Shown here: piece after piece, positions 1 through 7,431 of the stretch
Numbering within the stretch: position 1 is the stretch's first letter
How the letters are laid out: each line of letters starts with the position of its first letter
Assembly (NCBI GenBank): GCA_049517415.1
Contig: JBEKSC010000038.1
Span: 1 to 15,720 of the forward strand
Source of the DNA: Candidatus Bathyarchaeia archaeon
Lineage (GTDB): Archaea; Thermoproteota; Bathyarchaeia; 40CM-2-53-6
DNA: 15,720 bases
Direction: 5' to 3'
Notes under the pieces: model-generated
Database searches by the model: none
What the model was told of the DNA's origin: nothing
Seen by the model: only the letters and a program-made list of their open reading frames with translations
Made by a program: the position numbers and the translations under genes

Positions 1-189
1 ATCAAATACAGAAAGCCCACAGTGCTTGTCGACCCGCTATTGGTGGCTTTTTCCAAAACCGTCCGCAATGTCGGTACAAAGAATGTTCGGTTCGTTCCTT
101 ACTGGGCAGTTGCTGGGTTCGCCGAGTTCCTAGGAGTTCTCGCATGCTCTCGAAAATATGTTTCGGACAAAGACGACGTTCTACGATAA
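1..189 (+). CDS. 3' end of a gene entering from the left edge, possibly the C-terminus of a GT2 glycosyltransferase
   Basis: Frame +1 is open from base 1 to TAA at 187-189: IKYRKPTVLVDPLLVAFSKTVRNVGTKNVRFVPYWAVAGFAEFLGVLACSRKYVSDKDDVLR*. Basic segment followed by amphipathic/hydrophobic helices, like GT2 tails. Product is inferred from context only. Confidence 0.4.
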   Translation: MKYRKPTVLVDPLLVAFSKTVRNVGTKNVRFVPYWAVAGFAEFLGVLACSRKYVSDKDDVLR

Positions 190-294
190 TAAGCCCCAGT
201 TTCATCATCCGCGTAATACAGTTACTTCTCCCTCGTTATCGTATATATCAATCCAAGTCTGTCCTGAGAGCTTTCCCATCTCGACTTTCCTTGA

Positions 295-810
295 TGGATA
301 CTTCACTTGGACTGTAAATTCGCCGCGCTAATTATCTGGAACGTCGAGACGCAGTGGAATGGGCGATTTATGGGAGGTATACACATCAGCGGTCTCCATA
401 CCAACTCGGAAGACAGCTTTCATCTCACTACGGGAGGGGTCGATTTGAACTCTGCTTCAGCATCGGTCCGCTTCGCGACGGGAGTCTGTCTGTTAGTCAG
501 ACGTTCATCCCCTAGCGATCGGGTAACCCGCTCCGCATGTCGTCTCCTGAACACTGGGCGCCGCTTCAAGGCGCAAAGTCGCTCTTCATCAAATGGACGA
601 TAAACGATGACGAAAGTGTCACCGCGACAAAATCAAGGAGTAAACTGCCATCGAAAGATGCAAAACGACTGAAGTACAAGGACTGGCTCATGAAAATCGA
701 GCCCTACATACAGCGTCGCCGGGAAAAAACATTTCCAGATTCTCAAAGAAGCAGGAATAGAGAGTCAAAGCATTTCCGCCGTTTGGATTACCTGGGAAAA
801 GAACAGCACA
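295..810 (+). pseudogene. Possible decayed class I SAM-dependent methyltransferase
   Basis: One frame shows degenerate motifs in the expected order: WILHLDCK (cf. ILDLGCG), GIHIS (cf. GIDIS), RFATGVCLL, RSACRLLNTGRRF (cf. REARRLLKPGGRF) and, after in-frame stops, KHFQILKEAGIE. TGA at 292-294 directly precedes motif I. Boundaries approximate. Confidence 0.3.
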
Positions 811-834
811 AGTCCTGACCGAGGGGCTCAATTG

Positions 835-1875
835 CTATCGTTGTCGGTGCATGAAGAATGCAGTCGGTATAAGTGATAAGAGCAGTGAAGGAAGATGGTG
901 ACGCAACTCATATCTCAACCGACCATTCAGTTCGCCAGGGAACCTGGTAACGTAGCGAGGTACGGGTGCATGCGTATCAAGGGATACAGTCTTCTCATGC
1001 AAAGAATCAATTGATCCGTCTAGGAACCCAATGCCGCAGTGACATCCCCACGACAGCGCGGAGTACCATATCCGGTATGATCCATCTTGCTCCCTTAGGA
1101 AACTACTCCGATAAATCGCACGGTTATCCCATCCAAACAAAGAGGGTTTCATGACAGGATTCTTGCTGGTCGGTTTAAACATGAGGCCGTCTTTGGAGGA
1201 GAGATGAAAGAGTCGTGTCCGTGTCGGATCGTATTTCTTGGGGAAAGCGGCAACGAGCGCTTCGTAAGCCTCCTCGACTTTCAAGACGTCGATATGCCAA
1301 GGAACATGTTGTGGGATTTCAATGTCACATGCTCGCTCATTTCGTAGATTGGTGAGGTTATAGCCTTCGCGATGAACGAGTTCAGAATGAACCAAGTTCT
1401 TGCTGGCGTTCATGCGGATGAACCACTCCTCCCAAATGCCCTCACTAACCTGGTAAGTAGGGGACACTGCTCCCACATCTTCGTGTATGACCTGTGGTTT
1501 ACTCCAGTGGAAATCACCCTTGCAGTTCATTGTGTTGAAAGTAACTTCATCAGTGCTCCTGCGAATAGTGAGATAGATAAGATGAAGGCGCCCTGAGTCA
1601 TAGACAAGTTCGGGATCTGCATGATGCATGTCAGGATTATCCGGCGGCAACACGAGAGGATCAGGGGTTTCGGCGAGCCTTTGCCAATCCAAGCCATTAT
1701 CGCTTGCACGTATGGTCGGATTCTCAAGACGATCATCCGTCAAGGGATAGGGCGTGAAGACCATGAAGTAAGGGTAAGCGGCGAATTGCGTGGGGACGCG
1801 AATGACGTCGGGATGCACGTGCTCCCAGCAATTGCCCAAACTTATGATCTTCAACGGCGCAGATGCATTCATCAT
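835..1875 (-). CDS. Five-bladed beta-propeller glycoside hydrolase-like protein (GH43/GH32/GH130-like superfamily)
   Basis: 346-aa ORF with repeated blade motifs: VHPDVI, YFMVFTPYP, ENPTIRASDNGLDW (Asp-box-like), HADPELVYD, PWHIDV, LSSKDGLMF, WDNRAIYRSSF, YRIWYSA. Starts 8 nt after the stop of the upstream GNAT fragment, so probably operonic. Confidence 0.7.
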   Translation of the reverse strand: MMNASAPLKIISLGNCWEHVHPDVIRVPTQFAAYPYFMVFTPYPLTDDRLENPTIRASDNGLDWQRLAETPDPLVLPPDNPDMHHADPELVYDSGRLHLIYLTIRRSTDEVTFNTMNCKGDFHWSKPQVIHEDVGAVSPTYQVSEGIWEEWFIRMNASKNLVHSELVHREGYNLTNLRNERACDIEIPQHVPWHIDVLKVEEAYEALVAAFPKKYDPTRTRLFHLSSKDGLMFKPTSKNPVMKPSLFGWDNRAIYRSSFLREQDGSYRIWYSALSWGCHCGIGFLDGSIDSLHEKTVSLDTHAPVPRYVTRFPGELNGRLRYELRHHLPSLLLSLIPTAFFMHRQR

Positions 1876-1883
1876 CTAGCCCT

Positions 1884-2604
1884 TCAAAACGTGTCCACAT
1901 CCTTCGAGGAAATGCGCCATGAAGAGTGAAGATGAATGTTTCCGTCGAGAGTTCTTGAGGTTAGTGACCGCACGATAAGCCGTTGCGTTCCGTGTCTGAA
2001 GTAACCGCATGATTTCAGGGCATGCGCAACGCCTCGATCATTCGTGACGGCAATACGCGCAGGCACTCGCAACTCCTTTGCGCGACGAGTTGCTCTAGAT
2101 GTAACTAACTCCAGTGCACGCCCGTCTGATCCACACATATCAATTAATGATATTTCTCCCCAATCATTGGTTCCAAAAGCAGCCCAAGCCCTGAGCTTTC
2201 CATCACAATAGGCCGAAAACCAGACATAACTGCGCTGCGATTTTGAATCAAACCTCCACTTGAACCAATCCAAGGAGCGCCCGATCCGGCAAGTTCCCCC
2301 AATATCACCCATAGCTGTCAGCTCAGCCAAGCATAGCAATTCCTCATCTGTCCGCTTCTCCGATCGAATTTCTATCCCAAGAGGTGCAGCGTTGTTACCG
2401 CTCGGTAACAAATGAACGCCCAGAGACGCGAAGTACTTCATTGGCTTAGACATTGACGTAATCCCAGTGGGATTGAGCACACGCGCAAATTCAGGAACGC
2501 CGCCGTATGATCCCAATTCAATTTATGTACCTGCGCATAATAGGCATTCTCGTTAGGAAAGCCGTACAACACCTCGATTCCCATCAAGGCAGCCATCCCT
2601 ATGC
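1884..2604 (-). pseudogene. Middle and C-terminal part of a split two-domain GNAT N-acyltransferase, with a 1-nt frameshift near 2505
   Basis: 2596-2505 translates as MAALMGIEVLYGFPNENAYYAQVHKLNWDHT (GFPN motif, not in the ORF track). After one missing base (gat cat ac ggc ggc gtt) it continues GGVPEFARVLNP...RSLDWFKWRF...LKSCGYF...WRISSKDVDTF, colinear with RNRQYLNWRY...LKNNGFI...WFVQIGDSDMR of the intact paralogue at 3205-4290. Confidence 0.85.
2584..2604. repeat. Left copy of a 21-bp imperfect direct repeat at the insertion junction
   Basis: tcaaggcagccatccctatgc, 18/21 identical to 4487-4507, all three differences transitions. It lies where GNAT homology starts; the same frame hits TAA a few codons further upstream. 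Confidence 0.85.
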
Positions 2605-2622
2605 TTGTGATCCGGCGGTCGG

Positions 2623-2629
2623 CTTAAAT
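2623..2629. promoter_or_regulatory. Candidate archaeal TATA box (CTTAAAT / ATTTAAG), possibly bidirectional
   Basis: Short AT-rich island in a GC-rich stretch, about 30 nt from both the maoC ATG (2657, +) and an ATG in the GNAT 3' fragment (2596, -). Confidence 0.3.
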
Positions 2630-2656
2630 CCCCGAGTTCGGGAAGAACAACCCTCA

Positions 2657-3100
2657 ATGAAGGCGAGAAGGACGACGGCGCTTCAGCCTGGCAAGAAGTA
2701 TCGCCAGATCGCGGTGGGCGAGCGTTTCCAGGAGACGACCACAATTACCGACCAGATGGTCCGGGAGTTTGCACGCGCCACGGGGGATGCTAACCCCGTG
2801 CATCTTGATGACGCCTACGCAGCGACTACTCTGTTCAAGCGCCGCATTGCTCATGGGATGCTCGTCGCTGGTCTCATCTCGAGAGCTCTTGGCATGAGCT
2901 TCCCAGGTGCTGGCACGATTTATCTGCGCCAACAGCTTGAGTTCATTCGGCCGGTCTTCATTGGCGATGTCATCACTGTACAGCTAGAGGTGGTCGAAAA
3001 GATCGACGAGAAGAAGGCTATCCGGGTCACCACCACTTGCAGCAACCATAGCGGCAAGAGCGTGCTCGCTGGCGAGGCGATCGTTATCCCTCCCCGCTGA
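2657..3100 (+). CDS. maoC: MaoC/PhaJ-family (R)-specific enoyl-CoA hydratase (hotdog fold)
   Basis: 147 aa from ATG 2657. Hydratase-2 motif FARATGDANPVHLDDAYAATTLFKRRIAHGML with the D-x4-H catalytic dyad, then FPGAGTIYLRQQLEFIRPVFIGD. The ORF-track start at 2507 overlaps the GNAT remnant and is unlikely. Confidence 0.92.
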   Translation: MKARRTTALQPGKKYRQIAVGERFQETTTITDQMVREFARATGDANPVHLDDAYAATTLFKRRIAHGMLVAGLISRALGMSFPGAGTIYLRQQLEFIRPVFIGDVITVQLEVVEKIDEKKAIRVTTTCSNHSGKSVLAGEAIVIPPR

Positions 3101-3204
3101 TTTCTGCAAGTCGCGGCATTGAGCGTAGCGCTTTTTCTGTTTCCTTGGATCCGCCTTCACATGCAAGCTCTGGCTAAGGCTAGTCCGATTCCCCGAAGCA
3201 CCCG

Positions 3205-4290
3205 TCATCTCATATCGGAGTCCCCGATCTGGACAAACCAGTTCTCACGCTTTGCTAGAAACTCCTTGGGAACGTGAAGAGAGCTCGAACATGCACAAAA
3301 GTGTCCACTATGCCAGAATATGAAACCGTTATTCTTCAGAACATGCCGATAAGTCTCATTTGCGATTAGGGGATAGAGGATGGCATCTGTCTCATTTGAT
3401 CGGCAGCTTTCAACAGCCATTGAAAGCAGGCCGTGCATTGTGGCTTCTGAGGTAGCTATTAGGTCAAAGATGTAGCTCAACCTCAGATCGTCATGCTTCT
3501 TGTGTTCCAAAACGATGTAGCCGGACATGTCCCCGGCTTCCCTGGCAACAAAGATACGGTAACTGTTGCCCGGGCTACCATATCGCCAGTTGAGATATTG
3601 CCGATTTCTAGCTACCGCTATCGGATACTCGCCGGACACCATGCCCCACAGCACGCTCACACGATCGTCGAAACGAGCCGCCACGTCGACCTCGACCTCC
3701 TCTCGGGGAGGCAGCTTGCGAGTTCTGAAGAGGACCTTGTCGAAAGCGACCGCGGCTCCCATGCCTAGGATCGTAGATAGCAGCTTGTTCCTGACCTTGA
3801 GCCGAACAGCTTTGCTCCAATTAAGTGACTTGAGCCCTACTTGCATGGTCCCAAGATCGAACCAGCCTGATTTCATGTGACCCGGATAGGCTGCGGCGTT
3901 GGGAAACCCGAAAGTAATGTGCAGTCCTGCTTTTGCAGCTTCATCGAGTGCACGTCGCTCTAGGGCGGAAAAGATCCCTTGATGCCGATAATCAGGGTGA
4001 GTCATGACATCTATGTTCTGAAGAACCTTGAGTACTTGGTCGCCGACCTTCATATCGAAAGGAACGAGTGGATATTGTCCCACTATCTTGGTGCCATGCT
4101 CGGCGATCCATATACTGGGAGCTCCTGCAGGATTCTCTTTGTACATCCAACGCCACCATCTCAGCCACTGCTCCCAATCAGATTCGGTTTCTGGGTACAG
4201 AGCCTTGCAAAGCTCCCAAATCCCAATTTCGTCCTCGGTTTCATAAGCTCTGATGAGCCATTTAGCACCCAATTGCCCTTTCATCTCCAA
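3205..4290 (-). CDS. Two-domain GNAT family N-acyltransferase of the type found in polysaccharide loci
   Basis: 361-aa intact ORF (TTG 4290, or ATG 4284): WLIRAYETEDE, WMYKENPAG, IAEHGTKIVGQY, motif A DVMTHPDYRHQGIF, FGFPNAAAY, and a second domain with RNRQYLNWRY and terminal GDSD. Confidence 0.9.
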   Translation of the reverse strand: MEMKGQLGAKWLIRAYETEDEIGIWELCKALYPETESDWEQWLRWWRWMYKENPAGAPSIWIAEHGTKIVGQYPLVPFDMKVGDQVLKVLQNIDVMTHPDYRHQGIFSALERRALDEAAKAGLHITFGFPNAAAYPGHMKSGWFDLGTMQVGLKSLNWSKAVRLKVRNKLLSTILGMGAAVAFDKVLFRTRKLPPREEVEVDVAARFDDRVSVLWGMVSGEYPIAVARNRQYLNWRYGSPGNSYRIFVAREAGDMSGYIVLEHKKHDDLRLSYIFDLIATSEATMHGLLSMAVESCRSNETDAILYPLIANETYRHVLKNNGFIFWHSGHFCACSSSLHVPKEFLAKRENWFVQIGDSDMR

Positions 4291-4486
4291 AGCGCACTCT
4301 GCAAGTCCCCAGAAGCCACGGAGCAGAAGTCCGAATCGTCTGCTGAACTTTTGTCTCGCAGTAGCCTAATATTTGTTTTTCTGCCTACCGCGACGGAAAC
4401 GCGTTGGCTTGGGCAGTTCTTGGAGTCAAAACTCGGACTTGCGTCTGGCGTAAGTGGGGTAGACCTGTTGAACGTTTCCTTTCGAG

Positions 4487-4507
4487 TCGAGGCGGCCATC
4501 TCTATGC
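4487..4507. repeat. Right copy of the 21-bp imperfect direct repeat
   Basis: tcgaggcggccatctctatgc encodes (C)IEMAAS on the minus strand, the last GNAT-like residues of the N-terminal fragment. It is 1903 bp from the left copy. Confidence 0.85.
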
Positions 4508-4775
4508 AGGTTTTTGCTAAGGCAGTGAACATGCCTTGATTGCGATAATCGGGGTGAGTCATGGCGTCAAACGCCTGGGCACTATACACATTGTCTGCTC
4601 CGAGACGAAGCTGTGTAGGCATCAGGGCGTATTGCCCAACTATCTGACCTGAGCACTCAGCAACTACAATGATGCTCTGACCAGCGGGATTGTCGTGAAA
4701 TTTCCAGGTGAAGTGTTCTTTAGGGCGGGTCGAGTGAAAGACAGCGGTAAATAGCTCGCGTATGGCAATCCTCAC
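4487..4775 (-). pseudogene. N-terminal part of the split GNAT N-acyltransferase
   Basis: IAIRELF...HFTWKFHDNPAG...VAECSGQIVGQY...DAMTHPDYRNQGMFTALAKTCIEMAAS aligns with the intact paralogue. Homology stops at the repeat and the remainder of ORF 4281-4847 is read-through into the insert. The first beta-strand (cf. WLIRAYETEDE) appears lost. Possible GTG at 4775. Confidence 0.85.
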
Positions 4776-4800
4776 GTAAAATGGCCCTTCGGGAATCGAC

Positions 4801-6021
4801 TTGAACCTCAAGACCCTGAGAATCCTCGTAATCTGGGATATCACCATAGGGCTCGAATTGAACGCTAACTACAAGATTAGACAGCTAGCAGAGCTCGCGA
4901 ACCGAGGGCATACTGTCACCTGGGTCGCGGCAAGAACCGCGACGCCGATAAGAGATCTCGGGGTCCGGACGTTTCACCTTGAGACACTCTGTATGCGGAA
5001 GGTTGTTCCGCTCGTATCTTTCCTACTATTCCAGTTATTTTCCGTTCGACACCTGATACCCTCTTTGAATCGTTCAGATGCCATAATCTTAGAGGTGCGC
5101 ACTGTGCCCATATTATTTCCTTTTCTTATGATCCGCCGTCTGGGCAGCTCGTCTCCCGCGTTGTTTCTTCGAGTATCTACTAATCCTGTTCAAACAGGAG
5201 GTCACTTGCGTACCCTCGCCATGCACTTTGTCGACACACTTTCGATCAAGCTTGCATCAAAGTTCTTCGACAAAATCCTCTTTATTTCTCCCATGATGGC
5301 ACAATCGTATTCGACTCGGTGCAGGATTCCTAGGCCCAAGATCGGGGTGTGGCCTTCCGCCGTAGATGCAAGCTTCTTCGAGTCACGCTCGAAAGCTAGA
5401 GTCAATCGTTTGCGTAAGGAGATCAGTTCTCCGGATCGGTTGACCGTACTCTATCACGGGGGCCTTTCGACGGAAAGAGGAATCATGGATACGGTTCGTG
5501 CCTTCAAGATTTTGACTGATGAACACTTTCCGGCCAAGCTTGTTCTACTGGGCAGCGGGCCCGCAACGAAAGAGATTTCCGAGTACGTCACAACAAACAA
5601 CTTGGAGGGTGTAGTTCAACTCATAGGACCTGTCAGCTACTCAGAGGTGCCTGACTATATCGCTGCCTGCGATGTGGGAATAATACCATGGCCGGACCAC
5701 CCATGGTGGCGGTACCAATGTCCCCTCAAGCTGTTGGAGTATTTGGCATCTAGTAAGCCGGTTATTGTGTCGAATATTCCCGCCAATGCGTGCGTGGTCG
5801 GCACGGCTCCAGTCGCAGTTTACTTGAGAGGGACCAGCCCGCGCGAAATCGCGAACGGAGTGCGTGCTTTCTCACTTCGTAGGGACCAGCTTAATCCGAG
5901 ACTAGGCCGACAAATTGCGTTCGCTTTTTCTGTCGAGAACATCGCAGATTTAATTGAGAGTGAAATAACTTCGGTGATTCACCGATCATCTGCTCGTGTG
6001 TCAGGTGCATCAGAACACTGA
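4801..6021 (+). CDS. Glycosyltransferase family 4 (GT-B)
   Basis: 406 aa: ELANRGHTVTWV, VWPSAVD, VLYHGGLSTERGI, LVLLGSGP, IGPVSYSEVPDYIAACDVGIIP, CPLKLLEYLASSKPVIVS. Confidence 0.93.
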   Translation: MNLKTLRILVIWDITIGLELNANYKIRQLAELANRGHTVTWVAARTATPIRDLGVRTFHLETLCMRKVVPLVSFLLFQLFSVRHLIPSLNRSDAIILEVRTVPILFPFLMIRRLGSSSPALFLRVSTNPVQTGGHLRTLAMHFVDTLSIKLASKFFDKILFISPMMAQSYSTRCRIPRPKIGVWPSAVDASFFESRSKARVNRLRKEISSPDRLTVLYHGGLSTERGIMDTVRAFKILTDEHFPAKLVLLGSGPATKEISEYVTTNNLEGVVQLIGPVSYSEVPDYIAACDVGIIPWPDHPWWRYQCPLKLLEYLASSKPVIVSNIPANACVVGTAPVAVYLRGTSPREIANGVRAFSLRRDQLNPRLGRQIAFAFSVENIADLIESEITSVIHRSSARVSGASEH

Positions 6022-6140
6022 ACACTTATCGACGGCCTCGTTTGGTTTTCGGACACTATGGAAATAACAATTACGATAGGCTGTACCGAAGATCCTTCCC
6101 TCGGTATTTGACGTCTATCATGTGAACCCTGTCTCGAAAC

Positions 6141-6913
6141 ATGAGGCGGCGAAGTATTAAGAGCCCTAGGTCCCATTTTCTATCTCGGATTGCCTTGCCA
6201 TCCGTCTCTTGGTGGTTGGAATGGGAGCAACACTCAAGGGGACGTGGTACAAGAAGGGATGAACTAAGAAGACATAGGCTTGTAACACATGTTGCTAGGC
6301 TGGGTCGATTAAATCGTGAATCCAAGGTTCTTAGTGTCGCACCTGGCTCCGGCTATTATGATCTTATTGTGCAAAGCCTAGTTAGGAAACTTGTCTGCGT
6401 TGTCCTTGATTCTCAAGCACTAAAAATCTGTAAAACAAGGAAACTTAGCAACTTAGTACGAGCGGATGCCCTTTGTCTTCCTTTCAGGCAGGGCATATTC
6501 GATTGTGCATACGCTCTTTCGCTTAGTATTATCGGTTCTAAGATTGCGAATAATCAGTCGCGAATACGAAGTATTAGTGAGCTGAAGCGCGTAACGAAAG
6601 TTGGTGGTACAGTCGTGATCGGGCATCCTATGGCAGTTTGGATAAGGCTAAATTATTTGTTGCAACATATTCAATGCGATCGGAGATTTTTCGTTTCTCC
6701 CTCGCAAGTGAAGAACGCGTACAGGCTGAATAAGTTAAGGGTGATAGGACTCGTTGCTATCTCGCCAATACGCCGCTTCCGTACTTCATATTGAGCAGAA
6801 CTAACTACCTCATCGTTGATAGGGCGCTTTCAAATCTGTTCAGGCATGAGTTCGGAACCTATCTTGTAATCGCTGGCACCCGAGCTAGAAGTAAACTAGC
6901 AGAAAGCATGTAG
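6141..6913 (+). pseudogene. Class I SAM-dependent methyltransferase (Methyltransf_11-like), probably frameshifted near the 3' end; the ORF as given ends at 6794
   Basis: KVLSVAPGSG, LVRADALCLPFRQGIFDCAY, SELKRVTKVGGTVVI. The -1 frame is open 6734-6913 and gives PLPYFILSRTNYLIVDRALSNLFRHEFGTYLVIAGTRARSKLAESM*, which supplies the final beta-strand. The MTase identity is firm; pseudogene status is less certain. Confidence 0.65.
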
Positions 6914-7431
6914 CAACAAATAACCGAAAAGTAACAGGTCATTTCATCAACCGAAGACGTACCGTTACCCGCAAATCTTACGGCTAGGTGATGGTCCTTT
7001 ACAACCCCTTTCTGAGCAGGCACCTCCTGCTGCCCAGTATGCCAACATACTCCGTAGGATAATTTTTCGTCAGTATATTGGGATTGTTTCAGACACTAGC
7101 CCCTATTTTGCGAAGAGAGAAGCTATTAGAGGGTTGTTGGACGACTGAGAGATGATGCTCTCGGTGATGGGCGGCCAGACATTTCGATGATTAAGTTGCA
7201 AGCAGGCAGCAGGACTAAAAGCTTCGATCCTTTTGTTTTCATCTGGGATGATTAAACTGGGTTCAATTACCATGTTATCGTAATCTCAGGATAACTCGAT
7301 TTCGAGCACCCCGCCTTGTATCCTTATACACAACGCATGGCGAAAGACAGCGTGGAAATGCCTTGGATGTTCATATTCCATCTCTGGAACACTTATCTGC
7401 CTTAAGGGAACCCATCCTTTGTTGATGATCA

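Larger units (their letters stand above)
2605..4486. mobile_element. Inserted ~1.9 kb two-gene segment (MaoC hydratase + GNAT), non-autonomous
   Basis: Interrupts a GNAT reading frame and is flanked by the 21-bp direct repeats. No transposase, integrase or terminal inverted repeats are visible. The insertion is well supported; current mobility is not shown. Confidence 0.55.

Noticed and set aside
2..208. 68-aa minus-strand ORF
   Set aside because: No motifs, and it is antisense to a more protein-like open frame at 1-189 (+).
431..455. tRNA-like T-loop (reverse complement GAGTTCAAATC)
   Set aside because: The flanks do not pair into a T-stem and no cloverleaf can be built.
2507..2656. 50-aa N-terminal extension of MaoC in the ORF track
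   Set aside because: It crosses the insertion junction and is antisense to the GNAT GFPN segment; ATG 2657 gives a normal-sized MaoC.
2605..4486. Insert as an IS, casposon, integron cassette or intron/intein
   Set aside because: No terminal inverted repeats, transposase, Cas1 or polymerase, no recognisable attC or ribozyme core, and the content is two convergent metabolic genes.
3183..4800. gtccgattccccgaag (3183-3198) versus reverse complement gtcgattcccgaag (4787-4800) as an inverted repeat
   Set aside because: It needs two gaps in 16 nt, so it is not distinguishable from chance.
4281..4847. 188-aa ORF as an intact single-domain GNAT
   Set aside because: It lacks the GFPN motif, its last ~68 residues are read-through into the insert, and its 5' end overlaps the divergent GT4.
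7025..7214. 10-bp inverted repeat tcctgctgcc / ggcagcagga as MITE ends
   Set aside because: Too short, with no target duplication and no second copy in the window.
6020..7397. 11-bp direct repeat gaacacttatc (6020-6030 and 7387-7397) around the MTase
   Set aside because: Matches of this length are expected by chance in 15 kb and no split gene supports the junctions; it may just be a promoter-like motif.
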